This document shows positions 10,233-21,456 of a stretch of 64,000 nt of DNA, piece by piece. The DNA lies in the IMG/VR virus record IMGVR_UViG_3300026382_000012, positions 21,767 through 85,766 of that record. One strand, 5' to 3'. The position numbers and the translations under genes are program-made. How positions within the stretch are numbered: the stretch's first letter is position 1; every line of letters begins with the position of its first letter. The DNA is from a virus. Below the pieces are notes generated by a model. That model ran no database searches. It was not told the origin of the DNA and was given only the letters and a program-made list of their open reading frames with translations.

Positions 10233-12002
10233 CTAATTTATCATTATATTAACATAATCATTGATCATTATACGCGGCGATTTATCAACTACTATATCCT
10301 GACTCTTGACATCATTATTATAAAACTCTAGTTGATCTTGGTGTATTTTCTTATATCTAATACTATCAAGTTCATCAAATATACTAATGCTATTAGATTT
10401 AGTTAAATCTATTTCTAATGTAGAAATATCGTAAATAATGTTTCTTATTCTAATTAACATATGCAATATCAAAGTTTTAATATATTCAATTGGTGTATCA
10501 TCTTTATTTTCTATTTTTTGATAAATTGTATCAAGATGATCATCTATGTTTAAATTATCTTTTTTAGAGAAAGTATTATATAGACATGAAATATCAAGAA
10601 TATGTTGTAGTGATTTATTTAGAATAGATAAAATTGTTTTTTTGTCATATCTAATCGGCGCGTTATCAATATTCTGTTTTGTAATATATATAGATTTAAC
10701 AAAAGATTCAATATATAGATTTGTGAGTTTATCATTAATAGTCAATAGTATATAATCAACAATTTCACTTAAAATCAATATATTTACGGGCTTATAATAG
10801 TTGATAAATTGATATGAAATCCTTTCTTCAATTGGTATTTGTTCTGCAAATAAGTAGTTCTTGATAAAAATATCAATGTATGGCACGTTATAGAAATTTA
10901 TACTAATAGATTTTTTTGTTTTTATTATTAGGCTATATAAATCGTATTCTTTATTCGTAGAATTGTTATATACACTATTTAGATACTGTATTAATGCTGG
11001 GTATTTTGCATATAGATAAGATTGTAAGTCTATAAAATCATATTCTGTCGGCTGCGGGTGTGTTAATTGTGTGAACTTTTGCTTTATGTATTGTTTAAAT
11101 TTATCATATGTAGATTTATCCTTAATTTTATTGTATTTAGATATTACTGTTTCTATTTCTGAGAATGATATTGTATTATTCTCGGCGCTATATTGTACTT
11201 CTACAATTGAAGGTTGATTTATAGTTAATTTAGAAATATTTTTAAATAGAGCTACTATGTAATAGTAGATTCTAATTATATCTTCAAATTGAACCTCAAA
11301 TGTTTTATCGTAATATAAGATAACTTTTCTGCTCTTTAAATAATTAAATATTATCTGCGAAATTATCTCATTCATTAATGATATTGTTTGTTGGTTATTT
11401 GAAACGATTAATAAAATATTAGTTTTTTGAGGGGATACTGCGTTATTATTACGAAATTGTGTTAGCCACTCATTTTTTGTTATTAATAATTCAGGAATAC
11501 TATTGTATGCAGTATCATATGATATAATGGAATATTTACTTTCTAAACTTGCTGGAGGTTTGATAATCCATTCAGGAACTAAATAAACATCATCTAAGTC
11601 TTTATTATAAACAAGATTTAATTCCGCAATATAAATATCTTCGTCAAATAAATCTACTATATCTTTAATAAATTTAATAGTTGATTGGTCTGATAAAAAT
11701 AATTGTAGTGATTTTAGTATTTTTTGAATATCTACTATTGATAGTTTGTTAATTAAATGTTCTGGTATGCCGTAAGTTAGTAATATTTTTTTAGATAAAT
11801 CTATTGATGAAGTAAAATCATGAAAACTTAGTATTTCATCTAACTCTTTTGGAATATCCTCATATAAGTCCTTTAATAAATGATTCTTAATTATATCGAG
11901 AATAATAGATGTTATCAGAATATCATTATTATTAAAGTTGTTTAAATTAGTTTGGATTTGATTTATAAGCTCATTAATTTTATCTTTATCTATGGTTGCC
12001 AT
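10233..12002 (-). CDS. Putative baseplate or virion structural protein
   Basis: 589 aa ORF in tail module; function from context only. Confidence 0.55.
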   Translation of the reverse strand: MATIDKDKINELINQIQTNLNNFNNNDILITSIILDIIKNHLLKDLYEDIPKELDEILSFHDFTSSIDLSKKILLTYGIPEHLINKLSIVDIQKILKSLQLFLSDQSTIKFIKDIVDLFDEDIYIAELNLVYNKDLDDVYLVPEWIIKPPASLESKYSIISYDTAYNSIPELLITKNEWLTQFRNNNAVSPQKTNILLIVSNNQQTISLMNEIISQIIFNYLKSRKVILYYDKTFEVQFEDIIRIYYYIVALFKNISKLTINQPSIVEVQYSAENNTISFSEIETVISKYNKIKDKSTYDKFKQYIKQKFTQLTHPQPTEYDFIDLQSYLYAKYPALIQYLNSVYNNSTNKEYDLYSLIIKTKKSISINFYNVPYIDIFIKNYLFAEQIPIEERISYQFINYYKPVNILILSEIVDYILLTINDKLTNLYIESFVKSIYITKQNIDNAPIRYDKKTILSILNKSLQHILDISCLYNTFSKKDNLNIDDHLDTIYQKIENKDDTPIEYIKTLILHMLIRIRNIIYDISTLEIDLTKSNSISIFDELDSIRYKKIHQDQLEFYNNDVKSQDIVVDKSPRIMINDYVNIMIN

Positions 12003-13021
12003 TTTAGTTTATCCAACAAATATAATAAAACGATTATCTTTTCTAAATCAGAACTATAACTATTAATGTTAAAAGTATTATTTGATACGGATTCATCAAT
12101 TAAAGCATAATCTACATTGACTGGGCTTATTGATTCTTGAAAATATTGATTGTTTTGATAGTAATTCAAATCGCCGCCCGTGTTATTTAAATTATTATAG
12201 TCCTTAACAAAAATATTCTTAGGTTTAGGTAAATGTTTATAACCAAATGGCATATAAATATCTAAATGATGAAATTTCTTATTTGCTTTAGATATTGCAT
12301 CGTATATCCATTTATTGATTTCGTAAAAGACATATTTATTATCATTATATGTTATCTGAAGTAATTCGTCTGAAGTTAATAATGTTTTTAAATACTGTTT
12401 ATATTGTGTATTAATTATGTTAACAATTTTTGTTTTTAGCGAGTAATCCTCTAATGGTATATATTCTTCTTTCGCATAATCATAGATATATCTATTATTA
12501 ATATTTAAAGAAGCTAGAATATTATCTGGGTTGGAAGTATCAAGTTCAGTTAAAACAGGCGCGGGTTCTAAATCTAATTCATATACAGGCAAATCATTAA
12601 AATTATTTAACGGTACTCTAAAATTAGTTACTCTATATAATACTAGTTTTTGATCATTAGGTGTGTAAAATTGGACTAAATCACCAATATATACTTTTGG
12701 TATAGTGTATATTTGGATGTTAAAAATAGTTGAAAATCTAGAGAAATCTTTATCTTGTTCATTTGATGTCATATTAATGATAGGTGAAGTGTAAAATGCG
12801 GGCGTGAATTCATAAACATCAAATACAATACCTGTTAAATTCTTTCTGTATTTATCAAAAGTTAACAGTGCATCTTCATCATATGTAGACTTATCCAAAT
12901 TAATATTTAGATATCTAATAGGTATACTTGTTGTTTTAGCGTTCAAATAATATTTTGATATTCTAAGATATTCCTGGTATATATTTAAAACTTCTAATGG
13001 ATAATTGTACATATTATACAT
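11990..13021 (-). CDS. Putative neck or head-closure protein
   Basis: PKVYIGDLVQF..LYRVTN resembles head-closure/neck beta-barrel motifs; tail-module context. Confidence 0.4.
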   Translation of the reverse strand: MYNMYNYPLEVLNIYQEYLRISKYYLNAKTTSIPIRYLNINLDKSTYDEDALLTFDKYRKNLTGIVFDVYEFTPAFYTSPIINMTSNEQDKDFSRFSTIFNIQIYTIPKVYIGDLVQFYTPNDQKLVLYRVTNFRVPLNNFNDLPVYELDLEPAPVLTELDTSNPDNILASLNINNRYIYDYAKEEYIPLEDYSLKTKIVNIINTQYKQYLKTLLTSDELLQITYNDNKYVFYEINKWIYDAISKANKKFHHLDIYMPFGYKHLPKPKNIFVKDYNNLNNTGGDLNYYQNNQYFQESISPVNVDYALIDESVSNNTFNINSYSSDLEKIIVLLYLLDKLKWQP

Positions 13022-13060
13022 AACTTTTCTCTTTAAATGTTTAACATTAATTAAAAATAG

Positions 13061-13591
13061 TTAGAATGCTAAACTGATTACTGTGGTTTCAACATCAACT
13101 GTAAGCTCTATTAATATTGTTACTGTCGCGCGATCATACTGTTCTAAATTTTGAATTGTTATTTTATTAACTTTAACGTAAACACCAAATAAATCTTGAA
13201 TTTGAGATATTAAATCTGTTATTTCACTATTTATCGCTAATTGAACTATAGAAGTATTTCTTGTTTGTAGTTTTTCGTGTAGAGTAGTTCCGAATTCCGG
13301 ATCAAATGGATATGTACCTTTTCTTATCCTAAAAAAATTAGTTATATAGTTTCTAACAGCTTCTTTTATATCTGTTATATGTTTTAAATCATATTCACCA
13401 CACGCCAGAGAAATATCATGTACATTTGATAAACTATTATTTGTTTTTAATATAGTATTATTTAGATACTCATAAATAATCTCTCTTAAATTTAACGGCA
13501 AACTATCTACTTCTATTTTATCTTGAATTCTTATAGATAATGGTAACTGGTTTAAGATTGAAATAGGTAATTTCTTTGTTTCAATAATCAT
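13061..13591 (-). CDS. Baseplate wedge protein (gp25-like)
   Basis: NFFRIRKGTYPFDPEFGTTL signature. Confidence 0.85.
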   Translation of the reverse strand: MIIETKKLPISILNQLPLSIRIQDKIEVDSLPLNLREIIYEYLNNTILKTNNSLSNVHDISLACGEYDLKHITDIKEAVRNYITNFFRIRKGTYPFDPEFGTTLHEKLQTRNTSIVQLAINSEITDLISQIQDLFGVYVKVNKITIQNLEQYDRATVTILIELTVDVETTVISLAF

Positions 13592-13618
13592 GATTGGTTA
13601 CCTGTTGATTATAAAAAA

Positions 13619-14665
13619 TTAAAGTATTTTTTGCATTTGATGCATTTTCTGTTTTTGTATTTTAGTTTTCTGTTTAAATGAATCAATAAGCGTTTTACTT
13701 AACTTTTCAAAAACAGGATAAGGCAGGTTAATAAATTCATTAAATGATGTAAAATGATTTTCTGATACTGTATATAATGTTTCAAATAGACTAATATACT
13801 CATTTAGATATGATTCTTGTTTAGTTTTATGTTCAGTAATATTAATAAATTCTAATAGTGGTGATAATGATAATAGTATTGTGTTTTTACAATGAGGGCA
13901 TTTTAATTCGTATCTATAATTAGGGCAGTATACTTTAATATTATTTTGGTAGAAAAATAAAAGTTGATTATAGATATTAGCGGGCAAATTAACAATTAAC
14001 TCATATATTTCATCAGGCTTATCTAGTATTTCATTTTTATTAGAATCATTATCCGTAGTCAATATAATCTGTTTTGTGTGTAATGTTAATTCAGTATGTA
14101 TATCTAAAATAGATCCATATTTCTCTATATTATAGTTTATTGTTTCGGTAGTCAATCCGCGCACTTTTATAAGATATGTATATATATTTGGTATAAACAT
14201 TATGAATTTAATGCTAGTTTGATTATCTATTTTATATTCAAAATTGAAGTCGTATTCGAAATATGGTTTATTTTTATTCCATATTTTAATATTCTTTAGA
14301 CTAATAAATTCTTTCAAGGAAATATCATATTTAAAGTTATTCTCGCAAATGGGGCATTTAATTGGTTTTTCATATGAATCATTTGTTTCGTATGTGCATA
14401 ACGTATAAGTATATGCTATAGACTCTATTTCGTAATATGAGACATAATATAAGAAATTTTCAAATGTTGAGAAATATTCTTTAAATTGCACAGGAATCAG
14501 ATTAAAATTTTGATAGAATTTATGTAAAATAAACTGTAATTTCATTGAGAATGATAAATTATTTGCCGACCTTATCTCAATTAGATCTTTTATTTTTAAA
14601 GATGGGGCGCCTATTTCGGCCCCCAATATATTAAAGATAACAGTAGACGTATTATATTCTAGCAT
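13619..14665 (-). CDS. Baseplate hub assembly protein (T4 gp26-like), paralog 2
   Basis: CPIC and CPHC pairs, WNKNKPY; paralog of the adjacent gene with a C-terminal extension. Confidence 0.65.
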   Translation of the reverse strand: MLEYNTSTVIFNILGAEIGAPSLKIKDLIEIRSANNLSFSMKLQFILHKFYQNFNLIPVQFKEYFSTFENFLYYVSYYEIESIAYTYTLCTYETNDSYEKPIKCPICENNFKYDISLKEFISLKNIKIWNKNKPYFEYDFNFEYKIDNQTSIKFIMFIPNIYTYLIKVRGLTTETINYNIEKYGSILDIHTELTLHTKQIILTTDNDSNKNEILDKPDEIYELIVNLPANIYNQLLFFYQNNIKVYCPNYRYELKCPHCKNTILLSLSPLLEFINITEHKTKQESYLNEYISLFETLYTVSENHFTSFNEFINLPYPVFEKLSKTLIDSFKQKTKIQKQKMHQMQKIL

Positions 14666-14697
14666 ATTAAATTACCTACATATTACTTACGATCTAT

Positions 14698-15606
14698 TTA
14701 CATTAATACTCTTGTGATGAATTCAAAAATCGGATGATAGAATATTTCCGTTTCTTTTTCACATTCTGGGCATTTAATCTTATATGCATAGTTAGGAATA
14801 TATTTAGTAAATTCATCATTAAATCTATTTAATACTTCTTCAATAATATTTTCGGGCAAAGATTCTAATACAATTTTAATATCATACATATTATCAAGTA
14901 TGGTTTTATTTTCACCTTCGGGTTTATCTTTCTCAATAATTTCCATTGTATTGGTAATAAACAAACATCTTTCTACATTAGATGATGTTAATGTATATAA
15001 TGGCAAATTGGTTCTTTCATTAACTGACGTTTCATTCAAAATCTTTTTAGAAATTGCTATTTCATGATAAAGCGTTGCGATTTTAGTATTAAAAACAATA
15101 TCAATATTATCATCAAGTTGTAGGCTAATAGTATAAACATAATCAGTAAACGGTTTTTCTTTATCCCATGTTTTAGAAGTATTTTCAAAATTGGAATATG
15201 GTAATTTATCTATTTTATTAGTCGCCTCGCAATATGGACATACAAATTCATAATCCTTCATATATTCAAATGTAGCTATATTCAATGCATGGAATAACGC
15301 AATAACATCAAATATAGATTCTGATTTTAAAAATTTTTCAAATGTGATTATCTTGCTTTCATCTTCCTCGTTAACATTTTTACCTTCTAGTATATGGCTA
15401 TATATAGTGAAATATAATTTTTCAGTAATTTTAGATTCGGGCTTTCTAGGATTGATTATCTGTTTTAATTCTTGCTCATCTTTACCTTTCAATGGAGTAA
15501 TGGTATATTCATGTAAAGATATTGGTGTCTTAATTTTAGTATTTTTTGATTCAATTGATTTGTTAATGATGTTTAATACGCGCGATACTTTACCAATAGA
15601 AGACAT
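14698..15606 (-). CDS. Baseplate hub assembly protein (T4 gp26-like), paralog 1
   Basis: ITPLKGKDE, CPYC and CPEC pairs, WDKEKPF. Confidence 0.7.
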   Translation of the reverse strand: MSSIGKVSRVLNIINKSIESKNTKIKTPISLHEYTITPLKGKDEQELKQIINPRKPESKITEKLYFTIYSHILEGKNVNEEDESKIITFEKFLKSESIFDVIALFHALNIATFEYMKDYEFVCPYCEATNKIDKLPYSNFENTSKTWDKEKPFTDYVYTISLQLDDNIDIVFNTKIATLYHEIAISKKILNETSVNERTNLPLYTLTSSNVERCLFITNTMEIIEKDKPEGENKTILDNMYDIKIVLESLPENIIEEVLNRFNDEFTKYIPNYAYKIKCPECEKETEIFYHPIFEFITRVLM

Positions 15607-15650
15607 AAATTACCTCCTAATATATACAAGTTAGTTTTTTAATTTATTCA

Positions 15651-15662
15651 TATAGATATTAT
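15651..15662 (+). promoter_or_regulatory. Candidate phage promoter TATAGATATTAT
   Basis: 30 nt upstream of an isolated + strand gene; exact copies at 2173, 16993, 21445, 55339. Confidence 0.55.
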
Positions 15663-15692
15663 AATTAGAACCATTTTATTGGAGGTTAGATA

Positions 15693-16070
15693 ATGTACAA
15701 ATATATTATACTTTGGTATTACGACCCAGAAACAGGAAAACCTGTTTTTAGAGCAGGTGTTGAAATCAATATGGATAAATATGAAACTGGCCTCAATAAA
15801 TTAAAATTATATACATTACAATTCGGTCAAAATATGCATGAATTATTATCTGATGAATCAATAAAAGAAACTTTATTAAGTGATAAAGACATTAAATATG
15901 TTATTGATATAACAGAAACATTAATAATGCTTAAACTAATAAAAACCATTCAATGCACAAAAGAAACAATATTCGATGTAGATGAGTCATTAGGAAAAAA
16001 TTGGAAAGAGATGATGCAAGAAAACTTTGAATACTTTTACAATTTATTATCTAAATATGAAAATCTTTAG
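15693..16070 (+). CDS. Hypothetical protein (isolated + strand gene)
   Basis: 125 aa, GGAGG RBS, candidate promoter upstream. Confidence 0.75.
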   Translation: MYKYIILWYYDPETGKPVFRAGVEINMDKYETGLNKLKLYTLQFGQNMHELLSDESIKETLLSDKDIKYVIDITETLIMLKLIKTIQCTKETIFDVDESLGKNWKEMMQENFEYFYNLLSKYENL

Positions 16071-16096
16071 TATATAACTATAGCTATAACCTTAAA

Positions 16097-17344
16097 TTAA
16101 CAATACAATTCATAAAGAAATGTTCGACCGTATTTTTTATTGACACCAAAAAATGTCTGTGATGGTTTTGAGATTAGATTTTTATTGAAAGAATATTCAT
16201 CTATGCCTTTTAATGAACCATTAACTATTATGCCACCTAAAGGTCTATTAATAGTTAATGGTTGATGAAAATGCCCAATACAAACATAATGCACAGGCAT
16301 ATTATAAGAAGATAGCATTAGTTCTTGTTTATTAGTATAATCTCTTAACATACCGTAATATGGTATAGAATTCCAAATCCTAATATTATCGCCGTGACTG
16401 AATACTATATTATGATCTTGAATTGTGACGAAAATAAAGTTAGATTTAGGTATAAAGGATTTAAATTTGGGCTTATTAGGAATTTTATCCTGATTAAATA
16501 ATATTGAAATTTCTCTTTCGGTTATTTTATAAACTAAATAATCATAGGAAGATGATGGATCTTTATATTCTTTTTTCTTTGTGGTACGCCCATGGTTTCC
16601 AGGAACACCATAGAAATAAATTTCATCAAAATAATTGGATATGGTTAGAATAAATGAAGTTAATAATGTAGATGTATATAATATTTGATCTGCTATATTT
16701 AATGAATTAGTTTTATCTAATTCATCATGTAGATTATTACCAGATATCATATCACCTAAACAAACAATATGAATTCTTTTAATAGTTGAAATATTTCTAT
16801 GAAGCATAGTTAATTCTATTATTTTATTTGTTATTTTTTCTAATCTTTCGCGCGCGATTTCCTCATTATACTCATTTAAATATCCAACTACTTCAGGATT
16901 AACAGTTTCACCTATATGCCAATCAGATAATAATATTACTACATCTTCTTCATCTTTATTAATATCAATATCTATATTTTTTGTATTGCTTATATAGATA
17001 TTATTATTTTGAATATGAAATGGCTCTATTTGTTGTATATATTTCTCAATATTATTATTGATAAGGTTTAAAATATCATCATTATGTGATTTCTGTTTAG
17101 CTAGATTATTATATTTAGTTAATAATGATTTGTATTTGGATTCGTAATTTTTATATTTGGAATATATTTCCTCAAATGTACCGTTATACTCTTTAAATAA
17201 ATTTGCTAATTGACGTACTAGCTTAGCATAATATATTGATATATTATACTGTTTAGAAATTTTATGTGCGCCGATATGTTTATTAGTTTGTTGTTCTTTT
17301 TTATAAATCTCAGTAGCAATATGGTATAATTCGTTGATGTTCAT
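16097..17344 (-). CDS. Calcineurin-like metallophosphoesterase with N-terminal HTH/coiled coil
   Basis: SDWHIG, GDMISG, GNHGR, HGD, GHFH motifs. Confidence 0.9.
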   Translation of the reverse strand: MNINELYHIATEIYKKEQQTNKHIGAHKISKQYNISIYYAKLVRQLANLFKEYNGTFEEIYSKYKNYESKYKSLLTKYNNLAKQKSHNDDILNLINNNIEKYIQQIEPFHIQNNNIYISNTKNIDIDINKDEEDVVILLSDWHIGETVNPEVVGYLNEYNEEIARERLEKITNKIIELTMLHRNISTIKRIHIVCLGDMISGNNLHDELDKTNSLNIADQILYTSTLLTSFILTISNYFDEIYFYGVPGNHGRTTKKKEYKDPSSSYDYLVYKITEREISILFNQDKIPNKPKFKSFIPKSNFIFVTIQDHNIVFSHGDNIRIWNSIPYYGMLRDYTNKQELMLSSYNMPVHYVCIGHFHQPLTINRPLGGIIVNGSLKGIDEYSFNKNLISKPSQTFFGVNKKYGRTFLYELYC

Positions 17345-17357
17345 ATATAAACTCCTA

Positions 17358-17373
17358 AACTACTTTAAAGGAG
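17358..17373 (+). repeat. Gene-junction motif AACTACTTTAAAGGAG (representative copy)
   Basis: Exact copies at 326, 2367, 17358, 34042, 35687; variants at 909, 1628, 3078, 3971, 18141, 19392, 20543, 21565, 22937, 23601. Confidence 0.9.
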
Positions 17374-17378
17374 ACATA

Positions 17379-18140
17379 ATGGTTAAGTTTTGTTGTAAGA
17401 AAAACGAAAAGTTTATGCTGTCAGAACATGAAGTAATAAACCTAATTAACAAATATATTCATAATATGGTTGTATATATATTAAAGGCAACTATAGATTT
17501 TGATAGAATGGTTACACTAGAATTTGTTATGGATAATAAGTATTTATCAAATACAGTAATAGTTAATATTAATATGTTAATTGATAAAGAGACGATAAAT
17601 TCTAAAGATGTATATAATACAATAGAGAAATCCCTATATAAAATTACGCGGTTTGATTTTGAACATATTTATGATAGAATAAATGTTCAAGACTATGGTT
17701 TAAAGATTGATGAGTTTTTTATTCCGAATGATGTATTTAGTCTTATTGACTTTAATTCAAAATTTTACGTCAATGAAAGTATATATTCTATGTTATTGGT
17801 GCCGCCGCAATATATAGACGATTTTATAACAGAATCGGAAATAGACGATATACATGATAATCTTATCTTATTGATAGATGAGATCGAAGATGTAATTGAC
17901 GTTTGGAAATATCCTATTACTATTGTTTTATCCGGACATAATACTTACATATGCAGCAATACATTACGTATTGAAAAAATACCAATCTCTACACATAAGC
18001 TAAAAGATATATTATCTAACAAAGAATGGAATGAAGAGAAATTTAAATTAGTTGATTTCTTACTTAAACATCTGTATGGATTATATGATAAAGATATAAG
18101 AGATGTGGCCATGAATAAGTTAAAACTGCAAATACTATAG
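17379..18140 (+). CDS. Hypothetical protein, C-terminal motif group
   Basis: ATG at 17379 follows the junction motif; ends VAMNKLKLQIL. Confidence 0.8.
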   Translation: MVKFCCKKNEKFMLSEHEVINLINKYIHNMVVYILKATIDFDRMVTLEFVMDNKYLSNTVIVNINMLIDKETINSKDVYNTIEKSLYKITRFDFEHIYDRINVQDYGLKIDEFFIPNDVFSLIDFNSKFYVNESIYSMLLVPPQYIDDFITESEIDDIHDNLILLIDEIEDVIDVWKYPITIVLSGHNTYICSNTLRIEKIPISTHKLKDILSNKEWNEEKFKLVDFLLKHLYGLYDKDIRDVAMNKLKLQIL

Positions 18141-18161
18141 AACTACTTAAAGAGAGGAGCG

Positions 18162-18650
18162 ATGTTAGTTTATGCAACAATTAATAAAAAATATTCCACG
18201 TTTATAGAATCTAGAAAAATGAAAAAATTTATAGACAAAATTATTGATTTATTCAATAACAATGTATGCATTAACCTTACTGCATACGGATTTATAGACA
18301 TCGAAATTTACAGAATATTAACTAGAGATAAAGATAAAGAGAAGTTATTAATATTGGATATTGAGTTAAAACATATATTTAGTTTCATTTTAGAAATGAC
18401 TAATACTCAAGAAAATTGGAATAAGCTATTTAAGCTGACTAAAAATCCTACCAAGATAGTTAAATACGAATACATCTATAAAAGATTATCTAAAGAATCT
18501 CAATTTATTTATTTTGATTCAGAATTGTTGAAATTATTTGATCGCCCTATACCATTATTCAACTTAGAAATATTAGAATTATTCGATCGCGCAGTTTCAT
18601 TAAATGAAATAAAACAAAACATAAATAAAGCGAGAAAAACATGTACGTAG
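18162..18650 (+). CDS. Hypothetical protein
   Basis: 162 aa, GAGGAG RBS; short internal repeat LKLFDRPI/LELFDRAV. Confidence 0.7.
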   Translation: MLVYATINKKYSTFIESRKMKKFIDKIIDLFNNNVCINLTAYGFIDIEIYRILTRDKDKEKLLILDIELKHIFSFILEMTNTQENWNKLFKLTKNPTKIVKYEYIYKRLSKESQFIYFDSELLKLFDRPIPLFNLEILELFDRAVSLNEIKQNINKARKTCT

Positions 18651-19393
18651 TAAAGACAAGAAACGATACTTATATTTTAGAAACTAAAAAAGAATTATTA
18701 TCATTTCTAAAAAAGAACATAAGTAGATTTGAATATATTACAATTGAATATTTATTCGGCATTATGCTAGAAATACTTAATAACACCATAAATTCAGAAG
18801 TAATTGATATTTTGTTAAAAATGAGTGAATATAGCGCAGTAAATAATATTGCATTATATCGTAATAATGAATTGGCTATCAATAATTTAGTTTTTGAAAA
18901 ATGGAGTATTGATAGTCTCCGCAAGCTTCTTAAATATCTTAAACTCGATTACTATGATCCAAAAAAGATTTTTCAACTTGATTGGAAATTTATATTTAGA
19001 GATTTGAAAGATCTACTTAATTTCTTAGAGGATTCATATCTATGTGTTTCAAATACTAATAATAATCATTACATAATCGATCTAAGAAAACATATATCTG
19101 AAGATAGTATAATTAGTGTAAATAGTGATACATTCAAAATTCAAGAAATTGTCTATGGTGAAAAATGGAAAATTATACTCGATGAATTTGGTACGGAGTA
19201 TTTTTATATAATCGGCGGGCGCGATGATTTTCTAAACAAAATATCAACACTCCTATGTTCTATACAAAAATTTAATCTAGATATAGTTAAAAAACATATT
19301 ATTAAATATCTAGCAAAGCAACAAAAAAATACATTTACAATTGATATTCTTGATGAGCTTAGTAACTATATTAATATTGTTATGAAATTCTAA
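18641..19393 (+). CDS. Hypothetical protein, C-terminal motif group
   Basis: 250 aa; ends DELSNYINIVMKF. Confidence 0.8.
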   Translation: MYVVKTRNDTYILETKKELLSFLKKNISRFEYITIEYLFGIMLEILNNTINSEVIDILLKMSEYSAVNNIALYRNNELAINNLVFEKWSIDSLRKLLKYLKLDYYDPKKIFQLDWKFIFRDLKDLLNFLEDSYLCVSNTNNNHYIIDLRKHISEDSIISVNSDTFKIQEIVYGEKWKIILDEFGTEYFYIIGGRDDFLNKISTLLCSIQKFNLDIVKKHIIKYLAKQQKNTFTIDILDELSNYINIVMKF

Positions 19394-19415
19394 CTACTTT
19401 AAAGGGGGCGTAAAA

Positions 19416-19715
19416 ATGATTACAGCGTTTATTGAATTGTTTATTATTGTCAACCTTATCTCATTCGTAGTAACACTTATATTAGAAATAATAGATTACT
19501 TACAAAAAGATAAAACAGATAAAGAAGCAATTAAATTTGATGAAATTATGAAATATACAGCTAATATTACTAGATGTATTAGTTTTAATAACGAAATTTT
19601 AAATAGCATATTAAGAGGTATTGCTGTATTTGTGTGTCTCTTAATTACGCCCGGAATACTAATTGGTAGTAAATTGGCTAATGCAGTTTACAATAATATG
19701 AGTAAAACCAAATAG
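19416..19715 (+). CDS. Small membrane protein (two hydrophobic helices)
   Basis: Hydrophobic N-terminus and GIAVFVCLLITPGILIG; junction motif upstream. Confidence 0.7.
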   Translation: MITAFIELFIIVNLISFVVTLILEIIDYLQKDKTDKEAIKFDEIMKYTANITRCISFNNEILNSILRGIAVFVCLLITPGILIGSKLANAVYNNMSKTK

Positions 19716-19724
19716 GAACACGGT

Positions 19725-20534
19725 ATGTTCGTCATAAATAATTTAGATAATTTAATAATAGAGACAAATAACAAACATGCATTATTAAAAATATTAAATA
19801 AAATTTTTAATTCTGATTCGATTATTATTAAAGATAAAAAGAGAAGATACTACATAAATAATGTTAATCATAAAACTATTAAAGTACTAGAAAAAATATT
19901 GGATATCAGATTTAATTTTGAGAACGATATTGATATTTTGGAGATTACAGATAATCTTACATTATTGAAGATAAATCCCATTTGTAATTTTATCATTGAT
20001 AATTACTTTATAAACAATTTCGATAAAATTTCAAATGAAGATATAACCAATTGTCTAAATAATATTGTTAATAGTCAATATGTAACGCCGACGATTTACA
20101 TTAAAGACATAGTAAAATATACTAGAATAGAAAATAAATTAATTGGTAAAAAAGATTATAGCAAAGACTTATATGTAATTTATACAACAAATGATCCCGA
20201 TATTCTTACATTCATTATAAAATGCATCACAAAACATCACCTGAATATAGAAGAATTTATATTTGATCATTATGTATATGCAAATAAAATAATCTTTACA
20301 AAATCTATTTTCGAATATTACATCAAACGAGATAAAAATAATATGCTGAGGCTTCTAAAATACCCAAATATCATTAAACGATACAATAACCAAAAATTTG
20401 TGATTAAGATGCGTGATATATTTCCAGTTATGCTTTTTAATACTATTATGCCGCCGCAATATTGTATAGGAATAATAGATAGCAAAGAAAAATATACAGA
20501 AATTATTAACTACTTAAACATAAGTCGTCTATAA
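19725..20534 (+). CDS. Hypothetical protein, C-terminal motif group; paralog of 20565..21428
   Basis: Shared YVTP.IYI.DI.KY and EEFIF.HYVY.N; ends EIINYLNISRL. Confidence 0.85.
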   Translation: MFVINNLDNLIIETNNKHALLKILNKIFNSDSIIIKDKKRRYYINNVNHKTIKVLEKILDIRFNFENDIDILEITDNLTLLKINPICNFIIDNYFINNFDKISNEDITNCLNNIVNSQYVTPTIYIKDIVKYTRIENKLIGKKDYSKDLYVIYTTNDPDILTFIIKCITKHHLNIEEFIFDHYVYANKIIFTKSIFEYYIKRDKNNMLRLLKYPNIIKRYNNQKFVIKMRDIFPVMLFNTIMPPQYCIGIIDSKEKYTEIINYLNISRL

Positions 20535-20564
20535 AATCTAAAAACTACTTCAAAGGAGTACGAA

Positions 20565-21428
20565 ATGTACCAAATAATTACAACTAACGGAAAACAAACA
20601 AACTGCATAGCCATTGAAAATAAAGAAGATTTATATAAATTACTACATACCTTAACAATTAGTTCATATCAAATAAAAGACTTAAAACAAAATATAACAT
20701 GTTACATCTGCAATGTTAATGTAGTTAAAACAGATTACACAATCAAAATATTAGATAAAATATTTCAAGATACCAAGTTAAGTAGTAAATATAAACTATT
20801 CAGACTAGGACATGTCGATCAATATACATTTCTTGATATTATAGATGAAAAGTATAGTCATGAATATATATGCACAATAGACAGTTTGTATAATTGGAAA
20901 ATGAGATTTATTATCGATGAAGAATTCTTTAATAAGGATACAATAGCAGAATATATTTACAAAATAGATGAAGAATCCTATGTAACACCAGTCATTTATA
21001 TTAGCGATATAGAAAAATATATTGACTCCAGCAGTAAAATGGTATTAGATGATAAAGTTATATACGCCGCTAATAATATCAGCATTATTAAAAATTTGAT
21101 AAAATTAAAATATGATAAAGTTAAGCGGCTTTACTTGGAAGAATTCATATTTAATCATTATGTATATTTGAACGGGATAATATTTGCTAAAGATTTCTTT
21201 GAAGATATCATAATAAATGAAAATGCGCTAGATGATCTAAAGATGATATTAACTTGTGCTAAAGATATTAAGAAATACTTTGATCAAAATAATATAGTTG
21301 TTACTACTAATATCGCGCCGGTTTTCTTCTTTTCAGCACTTAAACCACTAAAATATACTATTGGTATAATAGATAACATGGAAAAATATAATCAGTTAAT
21401 CAATCACGCAAAACTAAGAATGCTATAA
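20565..21428 (+). CDS. Hypothetical protein, C-terminal motif group; paralog of 19725..20534
   Basis: Same shared blocks as 19725..20534; ends QLINHAKLRML. Confidence 0.85.
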   Translation: MYQIITTNGKQTNCIAIENKEDLYKLLHTLTISSYQIKDLKQNITCYICNVNVVKTDYTIKILDKIFQDTKLSSKYKLFRLGHVDQYTFLDIIDEKYSHEYICTIDSLYNWKMRFIIDEEFFNKDTIAEYIYKIDEESYVTPVIYISDIEKYIDSSSKMVLDDKVIYAANNISIIKNLIKLKYDKVKRLYLEEFIFNHYVYLNGIIFAKDFFEDIIINENALDDLKMILTCAKDIKKYFDQNNIVVTTNIAPVFFFSALKPLKYTIGIIDNMEKYNQLINHAKLRML

Positions 21429-21444
21429 AATTATCCAGCTTTCA

Positions 21445-21456
21445 TATAGATATTAT
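21445..21456 (+). promoter_or_regulatory. Candidate phage promoter TATAGATATTAT
   Basis: Intergenic exact copy, preceded by TTCA as at 15651. Confidence 0.55.

Noticed and set aside
14603-14625. GC hairpin TGGGGCGCC..GGCCCCCA as a terminator
   Set aside because: Lies in coding sequence next to a segment that aligns with the paralog (PSLKIKD vs TPLKGKD); imperfect stem
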